This document shows positions 1 through 8,881 of a DNA stretch of 64,000 bases, piece after piece. Both the position numbers and the translations under genes were made by a program. Source of the stretch: Prevotella sp. (GTDB taxonomy: Bacteria > Bacteroidota > Bacteroidia > Bacteroidales > Bacteroidaceae); the NCBI GenBank assembly GCA_022775105.1, contig JALFIX010000141.1, positions 7,614 through 71,613 of the forward strand, written 5' to 3'. The notes beneath the pieces are model-generated. The model saw nothing but the letters and a program-made list of their open reading frames with translations. It did not search any database and had not been told where the DNA came from. Every line of letters starts with the position of its first letter. Position 1 is the first letter of the stretch.

Positions 1-2
1 TG

Positions 3-425
3 CTGACATTCTCGTTCTATGCCAAGCCCCGCCAGAAGGAGAAGATAAGCTTGAAGGACGCGTTTATCATCGGTGTGGCACAGGCATGCGCAGTGATGCC
101 GGGACTGTCGCGCTCGGGCAGTACGATAGCCACCGGCTTGCTGCTTGGCAATAAAAAGGAGTCGCTGGCACAGTTCTCGTTCCTGATGGTGATACCGCCG
201 ATCTTAGGCGAGGCATTGCTCGACGTGATGAAGGCAGTGAAGGGCGAGGAAGCCTTTGGAGGCATCGACATGCTGCCGTTGGCAGTGGGATTCATTGCCG
301 CCTTTGTGTCGGGATGTTTGGCATGCAAGTGGATGATTAACATAGTGAAGAAGGGCAAGCTGATTTACTTCGGCATCTACTGCGCCATAGCGGGAGTTGT
401 GACGCTGATTTGCAGCTTGATTTAA
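3..425 (+). CDS. uppP: Undecaprenyl-diphosphate phosphatase (UppP/BacA), 3' part only; the gene starts upstream of the window
   Basis: Frame is open from pos 3 to TAA 423-425. The translation ...[26 protein letters not shown]...[14 protein letters not shown]... matches the conserved UppP core and is rich in hydrophobic TM segments. Confidence 0.85.
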   Translation: MTFSFYAKPRQKEKISLKDAFIIGVAQACAVMPGLSRSGSTIATGLLLGNKKESLAQFSFLMVIPPILGEALLDVMKAVKGEEAFGGIDMLPLAVGFIAAFVSGCLACKWMINIVKKGKLIYFGIYCAIAGVVTLICSLI

Positions 426-427
426 TT

Positions 428-517
428 AACACAGAGACACAGAGGTACAGAGATTAATTTTTTAAGTTATGATTAAGATACAGAGAGAAAAACTCTGTGA
501 TTCCGTGACTCTGTGTT
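428..517. repeat. Inverted-repeat hairpin element of the AACAC[AG][AG]AGACAC family (arms 428-452 and 493-517)
   Basis: Left arm is AACACAGAGACACAGAGGTACAGAG. The reverse complement of the right arm is AACACAGAGTCACGGAATCACAGAG. The element starts 3 nt after the uppP stop. Confidence 0.8.
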
Positions 518-1241
518 CAACAATATAAATTTGACGTTTGTGAATTTCATAGAAGGCGAATACATATATCTGAACAAGCCGTACAGGATGTCGAGCTTCG
601 GTGCATTGGCCCGCGTGCGCTACCTCATTTCGCAGAAAGAGGGAGTGAAGAGGGTTAAGACAGGACATGCGGGCACGCTTGACCCGCTTGCCACGGGAGT
701 GCTGATACTCTGTACAGGCAAGAAGACCAAGGAGATAGAGCGACTTCAGTATCATACCAAGGAATATACTGCCACGCTGCAGTTGGGAGCAACCACTCCG
801 AGCTACGACATGGAGCACGAGGTGGATGCCACTTATCCCACTGAACATATCACTCGCGAGCTGATAGAGGAGAAGCTGAAGCTCTTCGTTGGAGACATCG
901 AACAGGTGCCGCCCGCATATTCCGCCTGTAAGGTGGGGGGCGACAGGGCATACAAGCTGATGCGCAAGGGCAAGGACGTGGAGCTGAAGCCCAAGAAGCT
1001 GCATATCGACGAGATAGAACTTACGGACTTTGATGCCGGGAAGATGCAAGCAAGCATCAGGGTGGTGTGCGGAAAAGGTACATATATCCGCGCCTTGGCA
1101 AGGGACATCGGAGAGGCTCTGGGCAGTGGTGCTTATCTCACGGCACTGTGCCGCACGAGGTTGGGCGACGTGAGGATAGAGGATTGTGTGAAGCTCGACG
1201 ATGTGCCGGAGTGGCTGGGTCGCGTCTGTGACGCGAGATAA
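513..1241 (+). CDS. truB: tRNA pseudouridine(55) synthase TruB
   Basis: Catalytic-Asp motif GHAGTLDPLATGVLILCTGKKTK, plus PPAYSACKVGG and GTYIRALARDIG. Start uncertain: there is no ATG before the conserved N-terminus. GTG513 lies inside a repeat arm; TTG531 and GTG540 are alternatives. Confidence 0.9.
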   Translation: MFNNINLTFVNFIEGEYIYLNKPYRMSSFGALARVRYLISQKEGVKRVKTGHAGTLDPLATGVLILCTGKKTKEIERLQYHTKEYTATLQLGATTPSYDMEHEVDATYPTEHITRELIEEKLKLFVGDIEQVPPAYSACKVGGDRAYKLMRKGKDVELKPKKLHIDEIELTDFDAGKMQASIRVVCGKGTYIRALARDIGEALGSGAYLTALCRTRLGDVRIEDCVKLDDVPEWLGRVCDAR

Positions 1242-1243
1242 AA

Positions 1244-1267
1244 GAATTAAAGAATTAAAAAATTAAA
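1244..1267 (+). repeat. Tandem octamer array GAATTAAA GAATTAAA AAATTAAA directly after the truB stop
   Basis: TAA at 1248, 1256 and 1264 falls in three different frames. Confidence 0.7.
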
Positions 1268-1283
1268 GTTTTATATTGATATA

Positions 1284-2444
1284 ATGAAGTTATCGGAATT
1301 TAGCTTTAACTTGCCAGAGAGCAAGGTGGCTTTAGAGCCTCCTTACAAGGCATTTAAGAATGACGACGGAACGGTCGATAAGATTTATCGCCGCGACGAG
1401 TGTCGTCTGATGGTTCTTCACCGCAAGAGCCAGAAGATAGAGATGTTTAAGACGGATGAGGACGGCAAGGAGATTAAGGGAGCTGATGGTAATAATGTGT
1501 ATATGACATTCCGCGACGCCATCAACTATTTCGAAGAGGGCGACACCTTCGTATTTAATGACACCGCCGTATTTCCCGCACGTCTTTATGGCACAAAGGA
1601 GAAGACCGACGCAAAGATTGAGGTTTTCCTGCTGAGGGAGCTGAATGCCGAGTTCCGTCTGTGGGACGTGCTCGTGGAGCCTGCCCGCAAGATACGCATC
1701 GGCAACAAGCTGTTCTTCGACGGCGACGGTCCTATGGTGGCTGAGGTGATAGACAACACCACGAGCCGCGGGCGCACGCTGAGATTCCTCTATGACTGTC
1801 CTCACGAGCAGTTCAAGCGGGAGCTTTATGCCCTTGGCGAGGCGCCGCTGCCGAGATACATTGTTGACCGCCGTCCTGCCACTCCCGACGATATGGAAAA
1901 CTTCCAGACGATATATGCTAAGCATGAGGGTGCAGTGACAGCTCCTGCCACTGGTTTGCATTTCAGTCGCGAGATGATGAAGATGATGGAAATCAGAGGC
2001 ATAAACTTCGCCTTCATTACCCTGCACTGCGGATTGGGGTGCTTTGACCCTATTGAGGTGGAGGATTTGTCGAAACACAAGATGAACTCCGAGCAGATGA
2101 GGATAACCAAGGAGGCCTGTGACTTGGTGAACGAAACCAAGGACAAGGAACGCAGGGTGTGCGTAGTGGGTATCTCCACTGCAAGGGCTACTGAATCGGC
2201 AGTAGGAACCGACGGCAGGCTTAAGGAGTTTGACGGCTGGACCAACAAGTTCATCTTCCCGCCGTATGACTATGGGCTTGCCAACTCGATGATTACCAAT
2301 TTCTATCATTCAGAGTCGATAATGCTGATGGCTACGGCAGCCTTCGGCGGCTATGACCTTGTGATGGAGGCATATCACTTGGCTGTTAAGCACGACTACC
2401 GTTTTGGATGCTACGGCGACGCAATGCTGATATTGGATGATTAG
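1284..2444 (+). CDS. queA: S-adenosylmethionine:tRNA ribosyltransferase-isomerase QueA
   Basis: 386 aa. N-terminus [13 protein letters not shown], with [22 protein letters not shown] and [17 protein letters not shown] blocks typical of QueA. Confidence 0.9.
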   Translation: MKLSEFSFNLPESKVALEPPYKAFKNDDGTVDKIYRRDECRLMVLHRKSQKIEMFKTDEDGKEIKGADGNNVYMTFRDAINYFEEGDTFVFNDTAVFPARLYGTKEKTDAKIEVFLLRELNAEFRLWDVLVEPARKIRIGNKLFFDGDGPMVAEVIDNTTSRGRTLRFLYDCPHEQFKRELYALGEAPLPRYIVDRRPATPDDMENFQTIYAKHEGAVTAPATGLHFSREMMKMMEIRGINFAFITLHCGLGCFDPIEVEDLSKHKMNSEQMRITKEACDLVNETKDKERRVCVVGISTARATESAVGTDGRLKEFDGWTNKFIFPPYDYGLANSMITNFYHSESIMLMATAAFGGYDLVMEAYHLAVKHDYRFGCYGDAMLILDD

Positions 2445-2468
2445 GAATTAGAAATTAGGGATTAGGAA
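2441..2468 (+). repeat. Tandem heptamer array TTAGGAA TTAGAAA TTAGGGA TTAGGAA spanning the queA stop and ending at the folK TTG start
   Basis: TAG at 2442 (queA stop), 2449, 2456 and 2463 covers all three frames. The word is the same as at 18203. Confidence 0.8.
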
Positions 2469-2882
2469 TTGAAGCATACGGTATATTTGGGCCTCGGCAC
2501 TAACCTTGGGGACAAGGAGGAGAATATCGGCGAGGCTGTACGGAGAATAGGGGAGTTGATTGGCACCGTGGAGTGTCAGTCAACTCTTCTCGTTAGTGAG
2601 CCATGGGGATTCGAGTCGGAGAACACGTTTGTAAATGCTGCCTTAAGATGTTCGACGGAGTTGGAACCAATGGACGTTCTGGAAAAGACCCAGGAGATAG
2701 AACGGGCGATGGGCAGGACTCAGAAGTCAGTTGACGGACAATATCACGACCGTATCATCGACATAGACATACTTATGTATGACGACTTGCATATTGACAC
2801 AAAGACACTAAAATTGCCACATCCTTTGATGAAAGAGCGTGATTTCGTTATGATTCCTCTTGAAGAAGTGTTAAATCATTAA
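2469..2882 (+). CDS. folK: 2-amino-4-hydroxy-6-hydroxymethyldihydropteridine diphosphokinase (HPPK, FolK)
   Basis: 137 aa with a TTG start. YLGLGTNLGDKEEN, EPWGFES, DRIIDIDIL and LPHPLMKERDFVMIPLEE are HPPK hallmarks. Confidence 0.85.
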   Translation: MKHTVYLGLGTNLGDKEENIGEAVRRIGELIGTVECQSTLLVSEPWGFESENTFVNAALRCSTELEPMDVLEKTQEIERAMGRTQKSVDGQYHDRIIDIDILMYDDLHIDTKTLKLPHPLMKERDFVMIPLEEVLNH

Positions 2883-2953
2883 CAATTTGTTATTATTTTC
2901 CCTTAATTGTCGATTTTTTCTATTAAAAATTTGGTGAATTAATATAAATTGTA

Positions 2954-2961
2954 TAATTTTG
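2954..2961 (+). promoter_or_regulatory. Bacteroidetes -7 promoter box TAatTTTG upstream of the first SusC
   Basis: Matches TAnnTTTG(CA); 43 nt upstream of ATG 3004. Confidence 0.55.
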
Positions 2962-3003
2962 CACCCAATTTTTAAAGATTGAGAAAAGTACAAAGTAAAT
3001 CTT

Positions 3004-6000
3004 ATGGAAAAACGCATTGAAACACTTTTAGTGTGCCTGTTTCTGTTTATAGGAACAGTTTTTGCGCAAACGAAAGTGTCGGGAACAGTCGTTTCCCAAG
3101 AAGACGGTGAGCCGGTTATCGGTGCGTCTGTCATGGTGGAAGGAGCCAAGACAGGTGCAATCACCGACGTTAATGGTAATTTTTCACTCCCTGTACCTCC
3201 CGGCAAGAAGATTGTCGTGAGCTATATTGGTATGGTGTCGCAGACACTGAAGGCCAAGGAGGGAATGAAAGTTGTGCTTGCGCCTGACGCCCAGACATTG
3301 GGCGAGGTGGTTGTGACCGGTATGCAGAAGATGGACAAGCGCCTCTTTACGGGAGCAACCACGAAGGTTAGTGGTGACAAGGTGAAACTCGACGGTGTGA
3401 GCGACGTGAGCCGTGCCCTTGAGGGCAAGGCAGCCGGAGTGTCGGTGCAGAACGTGTCGGGAACATTCGGTACGGCTCCCCGTATCCGCGTCCGCGGTGC
3501 CACGTCTATCTACGGTAGCTCCAAGCCCCTGTGGGTTGTGGATGGCGTGATTATGGAGGACGTGACCGAGGTGGATGCCGACGCATTGTCATCAGGAGAT
3601 GCCGCCACGCTTATCTCCTCGGCGATAGCAGGATTGAACGCCGACGACATCGAGAGCTTCCAGATTCTGAAGGACGGTTCTGCCACCTCTATTTATGGTG
3701 CGCGCGCGATGGCGGGTGTGATTGTAGTCACAACCAAGAAAGGTCACCAGGGCAGCAACAAGATAAGCTATACTGGTGAGTTCACAATGCGCCTGAAGCC
3801 AAGCTACAGCAACTTCAACATCATGAACTCGCAGGAGCAGATGGCTGTGTATAAGGAGATGGAGCAATCGGGCATCATCAACTTTGCCAAGACCTATCGC
3901 GCTTCCGACAGTGGTGTGTATGGCAAGATGTATCATCTGCTCAACAGCTACGACGAGACATCCGGCACATTCGGTCTTGCAAACACCACCGAAGCCCGCA
4001 ACGCCTATCTGAGAGAGGCTGAATACAGGAACACCGACTGGTTTGACCTGCTCTTCAGCAACGCCATCTCGCAGAACCATTCGATAAGTATGTCATCGGG
4101 TACGGACAAGGCACAGTACTATACCTCTTTCAGTATCATGGACGATCCGGGATGGTACAGGCAGAGCAGTGTGCAGCGATACACGGGAAACATCAATGCG
4201 CTTTATAATATATCCAAGAAGGTGACCGTGAATATCATAGGCAATGCCGCCTATCGTAAGCAGAGAGCACCGGGAACACTCGGCCAGAGTCTTGACCCCG
4301 TGTCGGGAGAGGTGCGCCGTGACTTCGACATCAACCCCTATTCTTATGCCTTGAACACATCGCGTACGCTCGACCCCAACGAGTCGTACATCAGAAACTA
4401 TGCCCCGTTCAACATCTTCAGTGAACTGGACAACAACTTCATGAACTTCAATGTGGTGGATACCAAGATACAGGGCGAGCTGAAATACAAGCCGATAACA
4501 AAGGTGGAGATTTCGGTGCTCGGAGCATACAAGTTCTCGACCACAACCCAGGAGCACGAGATACACGACTATGCCAACCAGGCATGGGCATACAGGGCTA
4601 TGGACGACGCCACGGTGAGAGACGCAAATCCATGGCTATACACCGACCCCGACAAGGTGAACTCGCTGCCGGTGAGCGTGCTGCCTGTGGGAGGATTCTA
4701 CCGCGAGACAAAATACAGGATGAACAGCTGGGATTTCCGTGCCACTGCCAACTATAACGATGTGTATGCCGACGACCATATCGTGAATCTCTTCGGAGGT
4801 ATGGAGGTGAACAACCTTGAGCGCCGTCGCACATTCTTCCATGGAGTGGGCATTCAGTATGACATGGGTATGCTGCCGTCCTACGACTACCAGTACTTCA
4901 AGCAGGGTCAGGAGGAAGGCACACAGTACTTCTCGGTGGTCGATAGCTACACCCGTTCGGCTGCCTTCTTCGGCACTGCCAACTACTCGTGGAAGGGCAG
5001 ATACAGCGTGAACGGAACAGTGAGATATGAAGGAACCAACAAGTTGGGCAAGAGCCGCTCGGCGCGCTGGTTGCCCACATGGAACGTGTCGGGAGCATGG
5101 AACATACACGAGGAACCTTGGTTTGAGAATGTCAGCTCGGTATTGTCGAACGCCACACTGAGGGCATCATACTCGCTGACAGCCGACCGCGGACCTTCGA
5201 GCATCACCAACTCAAAGGTGGTGATCACAAGCTACAACCCCTGGCGACCCTCCACCGACGTGAGCGAGACGGGATTGGGCATCAACGACTTGGAGAACAG
5301 TGAACTGACATACGAGAAGAAGCACGAGTTCAACATCGGAGCCAACGTGGGATTCCTCAACAACCGCATCAACGTGGAGGTTGACTGGTATCGCCGCAAC
5401 AACTACGACCTCATCGGAGCTGTCACCACAACCGGTGTGGGCGGACGAGTGACGAAATATGCCAACGTGGCAAGTATGCGTTCGCACGGTATTGAGGTGT
5501 CATTATCGACACGCAATATCGTGACCAAGGACTTCAAGTGGAACACCGACTTCATCTTCTCGAAGACAAAGAACACGGTGACGGACTTCGACTCCAACGT
5601 GAGAGTGATTGACATGGTGACGGGTACAGGATTCACAATGTCGGGTTATCCCGTGCGCTCATTGTTCTCGTTTGACTTCCAGGGATTGAACGAAGACGGA
5701 GTGCCGACGTTCATCAACGAAAACGGACAGGTGACAACCTCTGACATCTATTTCCAGGAGTACAACGAGAAGAGCCACTTGGTATATGAGGGGTCCATCG
5801 ACCCGACCATGACCGGTTCGTTCGGCAACGTATTCCAGTACAAGAACTTCAAGCTGAACGTGTTCATGACATACGCCTTCGGCAATGTAATACGCCTCGA
5901 CCCGGTGTTCAAGAGTTCATACAGTGACCTCACCGCCATGCCGAAGGAGTTCAAGAACCGCTGGACGGTGCAGGGTGACGAATTGATAACCAACGTGCCC

Positions 6001-6318
6001 GTAATCGCCGACTCACGCCTGCTTCAGAACGACCCTTATCTGAGCTATGCCTATAACGCATACAACTACTCAACAGAGCGCGTGGCGAAGGGCGACTTTA
6101 TCCGCATGAAGGAGATTTCGCTGACATACGACTTCCCCGCCAAGCTCATCCAGCCGCTGAAGCTGACAGCCCTCTCGCTGAAGCTACAGGCCACCAACCT
6201 GTTCCTCATCTATTCGGATGACAAGCTAAACGGTCAGGACCCCGAGTTCTACAATAGCGGCGGTGTGGCATCGCCAATGCCGAAACAGTTTACGTTAACG
6301 TTGAGATTGGGAATATAA
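3004..6318 (+). CDS. SusC/RagA-family TonB-dependent outer-membrane transporter (no N-terminal STN signalling domain)
   Basis: 1104 aa. Signal peptide, then a carboxypeptidase-regulatory-like fold (VSGTVVSQEDGEPVIGASVMVEG..TDVNGNFSL). A plug region follows (LGEVVVTG...RIRVRGATSI), and the barrel ends ...FTLTLRLGI. A SusD gene follows immediately. Confidence 0.93.
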   Translation: MEKRIETLLVCLFLFIGTVFAQTKVSGTVVSQEDGEPVIGASVMVEGAKTGAITDVNGNFSLPVPPGKKIVVSYIGMVSQTLKAKEGMKVVLAPDAQTLGEVVVTGMQKMDKRLFTGATTKVSGDKVKLDGVSDVSRALEGKAAGVSVQNVSGTFGTAPRIRVRGATSIYGSSKPLWVVDGVIMEDVTEVDADALSSGDAATLISSAIAGLNADDIESFQILKDGSATSIYGARAMAGVIVVTTKKGHQGSNKISYTGEFTMRLKPSYSNFNIMNSQEQMAVYKEMEQSGIINFAKTYRASDSGVYGKMYHLLNSYDETSGTFGLANTTEARNAYLREAEYRNTDWFDLLFSNAISQNHSISMSSGTDKAQYYTSFSIMDDPGWYRQSSVQRYTGNINALYNISKKVTVNIIGNAAYRKQRAPGTLGQSLDPVSGEVRRDFDINPYSYALNTSRTLDPNESYIRNYAPFNIFSELDNNFMNFNVVDTKIQGELKYKPITKVEISVLGAYKFSTTTQEHEIHDYANQAWAYRAMDDATVRDANPWLYTDPDKVNSLPVSVLPVGGFYRETKYRMNSWDFRATANYNDVYADDHIVNLFGGMEVNNLERRRTFFHGVGIQYDMGMLPSYDYQYFKQGQEEGTQYFSVVDSYTRSAAFFGTANYSWKGRYSVNGTVRYEGTNKLGKSRSARWLPTWNVSGAWNIHEEPWFENVSSVLSNATLRASYSLTADRGPSSITNSKVVITSYNPWRPSTDVSETGLGINDLENSELTYEKKHEFNIGANVGFLNNRINVEVDWYRRNNYDLIGAVTTTGVGGRVTKYANVASMRSHGIEVSLSTRNIVTKDFKWNTDFIFSKTKNTVTDFDSNVRVIDMVTGTGFTMSGYPVRSLFSFDFQGLNEDGVPTFINENGQVTTSDIYFQEYNEKSHLVYEGSIDPTMTGSFGNVFQYKNFKLNVFMTYAFGNVIRLDPVFKSSYSDLTAMPKEFKNRWTVQGDELITNVPVIADSRLLQNDPYLSYAYNAYNYSTERVAKGDFIRMKEISLTYDFPAKLIQPLKLTALSLKLQATNLFLIYSDDKLNGQDPEFYNSGGVASPMPKQFTLTLRLGI

Positions 6319-6330
6319 TTTAGGTTTTTG

Positions 6331-6360
6331 AGGAGTTAAGGAGTTAACTCCTTAACTTCT
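6331..6360. repeat. 30-bp near-perfect palindrome between SusC and SusD
   Basis: AGGAGTTAAGGAGTT|AACTCCTTAACTTCT: 15-bp arms, one mismatch, no loop, built from the octamer GAGTTAAG. It is preceded by TAGGTTTTTG (6321-6330). Confidence 0.75.
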
Positions 6361-6384
6361 TAACTTCTATATATAAAAAAGATT

Positions 6385-7959
6385 ATGAATAAAAAAATAT
6401 TGATACTGACGGTTGCGGCAGGAATGGCATTGACCTCGTGCGATGACTTCCTCGACAAGATGCCCGACAACCGCACCGAGATAAACACCGCCGAGAAGGT
6501 GACCAAACTGCTCGTGTCGGCATACGCCGAGAGCAACGTCAACTACCTGTGCGAAATGGCTTCGGATAACACTATGGACAACGGGGCCAACTACACCATC
6601 GGCGAAAGACAGCAGCAGGAGGCTTACCTGTGGGAGAAAATCACCGGCAACGGCAATGACTCGCCACTGAGCTTCTGGAACAATACATACCTCGCCATAG
6701 CGTCAGCCAACCAGGCCCTCGCTTCAATAGAGGAAATGGGCGGTCACGAGACGATGAAGGCACAGAGGGGAGAGGCACTGCTGTGCAGGGCATGGGCACA
6801 CTTCTGCCTTGCCAACTTCTTCTGTCAGGCATACGCACCTCAGACAGCTGACCAGAACCTCGGCTTACCATACGCCACAGAGCCTGAGACAACTGTTAAG
6901 CCGGAATACACCCGCGGCACATTGGCAGAGCTGTATGCCAACATCGAGAAGGACATCGAGGAGGGATTGCCGTTGATAGACAACAACCTATATACGGTGC
7001 AGAAATATCACTTCAACACCAATGCGGCATACGCTTTCGCCACGAGATTCTATCTCTATTATCAGAAGTGGGACAAGGCGATAGAATGTGCCAACAAGGT
7101 GTTGGGAAATACTCCCGGCAAGGTGATGCGCGACTGGAAGACGATATATGCCATGGCTGCCGACTTCACCTCGCGCTGCAATGAGTTCGTATCGACAAAG
7201 TCGGCGGCAAACTTCCTGCTGCAGACAGCCACATCGCAGATGCCCTTTTGGATAGGACCATATAATATAGGTACGCGTTATGGACACAACGCCACCTATA
7301 TCTGCAACATCGAGACCTACCGTGCCTCAGGACTTTGGGGAGCATACGGCACGAGCAGCGACCTGTATATGGCAAACTCATGCTGGGGTATTGAGCAGAA
7401 GATATGCTATACGAAATATCGTCAGGACATGCAATATGTGGATAAGGTGAACGGCATAGGTTATCCCATGGTGGTGACTGTGCCGCTGACAGGTCCCGAG
7501 ACATTGCTCTGCCGTGCCGAGGCATACGTTCACACCAAGCAATACGACAAGGCCGTGGCTGACATCAACACATGGATGGAATACAACTGCCGCACGAAAT
7601 TTGACATTGTCATCGAGGACATCGAGGCGATATACGGAGACATGGAATACAGTGAGGACGCCGAGGGCAACCCCCTGCCGGCATCGCAGTACTCAACACC
7701 GAAGAAGCGTCTGAACCCCGCCGGATTCACAGTGGAAGACGAGACAGAGGAGAGTCTGTATCACTGCCTGCTGCACATGCGCCGCTGCGAGATGATCATG
7801 GACGGAATGCGCTGGCAGGACATCAAGCGATTCGGCATCGAGATTGCCCACAACCGTGCGGGAACCACTCCCGACATCCTGCGCAAGGACGACCTGAGAA
7901 GGGCATTCCAATTGCCCGACGATGTAATATCGGCAGGACTTGAGGCAAATCCGAGGTAA
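6385..7959 (+). CDS. SusD/RagB-family nutrient-binding outer-membrane lipoprotein
   Basis: 524 aa. Lipobox ...GMALTSC followed by DDFLDKMPDNR, a typical SusD N-terminus. Position is directly 3' of SusC. Confidence 0.9.
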   Translation: MNKKILILTVAAGMALTSCDDFLDKMPDNRTEINTAEKVTKLLVSAYAESNVNYLCEMASDNTMDNGANYTIGERQQQEAYLWEKITGNGNDSPLSFWNNTYLAIASANQALASIEEMGGHETMKAQRGEALLCRAWAHFCLANFFCQAYAPQTADQNLGLPYATEPETTVKPEYTRGTLAELYANIEKDIEEGLPLIDNNLYTVQKYHFNTNAAYAFATRFYLYYQKWDKAIECANKVLGNTPGKVMRDWKTIYAMAADFTSRCNEFVSTKSAANFLLQTATSQMPFWIGPYNIGTRYGHNATYICNIETYRASGLWGAYGTSSDLYMANSCWGIEQKICYTKYRQDMQYVDKVNGIGYPMVVTVPLTGPETLLCRAEAYVHTKQYDKAVADINTWMEYNCRTKFDIVIEDIEAIYGDMEYSEDAEGNPLPASQYSTPKKRLNPAGFTVEDETEESLYHCLLHMRRCEMIMDGMRWQDIKRFGIEIAHNRAGTTPDILRKDDLRRAFQLPDDVISAGLEANPR

Positions 7960-7960
7960 A

Positions 7961-7995
7961 TGAAGAGTGAAGAATGAAGAGTGAAGAATGAAGAA
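7961..7995 (+). repeat. Tandem heptamer array TGAAGA[GA] x5 between SusD and the HExxH lipoprotein gene
   Basis: TGA at 7961, 7968, 7975, 7982 and 7989 covers all three frames. The array also creates ATGs at 7960, 7974 and 7988. Confidence 0.8.
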
Positions 7996-8878
7996 TTTGA
8001 CTTATATGAAGAAATATATATTCATGGCGGCAATGGCCTTAGCATTGGGAGCCTGCAGCAGCGAGGACCTCGACTCGAAGAGTGTGTTCGACGATTCGGT
8101 GTCGATGCCTGAAAATGATTTCGACAGATGGTTGAAGACCAATTATGTCGGAGAATACAACATACAGTTGAAATACCGGTTTGAGTATAGTGAGAGTGAC
8201 ATGAGCTATAATCTCGTGCCCGCAGAATACGACAAGTCGATAGCTATAGCCAAGTTGACCAAATACCTGTGGCTCGACGCATACGCAGAAGTGATGGGCA
8301 ACACGTTTATACGCACATATTGCCCTAAGTTGATACATCTCGTGGGTTCGCCGCAGTATAACACCGACGGTTCGGTGAGCATCGGTGTAGCCGAGGGAGG
8401 TATGAAGATCACACTGTGTAATATCAACAGTATCGACTTGGATAACCTCGACGTTGAGTTCCTCAACTATTGGTACTTCCATACGATGCACCATGAGTTC
8501 ACGCATATCCTCCACCAGACAAAGGACTATCCTACGGAGTATAAGGAGGTTACACCCTCCGACTACCGTTCGCAGAGCTGGGTGAACCTTACTGACCAGG
8601 AAGCACTCGACCTTGGATTCATATCGCCCTACGCGTCGATGAACACCGACGAGGACTTGTGCGAGATGATGTCCAACTATGTGACACATACCAAGGAATA
8701 CTGGGACAACCTCGTGGGCAAGGCAAGTGAGGCCGGTCAGGTGGCGCTGAAGACAAAACTGGAAATTCTGCGCTCATATATGCAGGACAGCTGGCAGATG
8801 GACATAGACGCAGTGAGAGACGAGGTGCTCAAGAGACAGGAGCACTTGGGAGAACTGGATTTGAAATCACTTAATTAA
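7988..8878 (+). CDS. HExxH zinc-metallohydrolase lipoprotein (Peptidase_Mx1 / substrate-import-associated type)
   Basis: Lipobox LALGACSSEDLD and zinc motif TMHHEFTHILHQ. It lies 28 nt after SusD, the usual context for this family as I recall it. Start is either 7988 (inside a heptamer array) or ATG 8006. Confidence 0.8.
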   Translation: MKNLTYMKKYIFMAAMALALGACSSEDLDSKSVFDDSVSMPENDFDRWLKTNYVGEYNIQLKYRFEYSESDMSYNLVPAEYDKSIAIAKLTKYLWLDAYAEVMGNTFIRTYCPKLIHLVGSPQYNTDGSVSIGVAEGGMKITLCNINSIDLDNLDVEFLNYWYFHTMHHEFTHILHQTKDYPTEYKEVTPSDYRSQSWVNLTDQEALDLGFISPYASMNTDEDLCEMMSNYVTHTKEYWDNLVGKASEAGQVALKTKLEILRSYMQDSWQMDIDAVRDEVLKRQEHLGELDLKSLN

Positions 8879-8881
8879 GGA

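Noticed and set aside
1332-2309. 325-aa ORF on the minus strand inside queA. Similar long antisense ORFs occur at 462-1049, 18731-19843, 40263-41370, 41659-43101, 46782-47396, 48755-49381, 51106-51765, 55183-55785 and 63018-63656
   Set aside because: Each lies exactly opposite a gene with clear family motifs. Their translations are His/Arg/Leu/Val-rich with no recognisable motifs, signal peptides or promoter boxes. These are typical shadow ORFs of GC3-biased genes.
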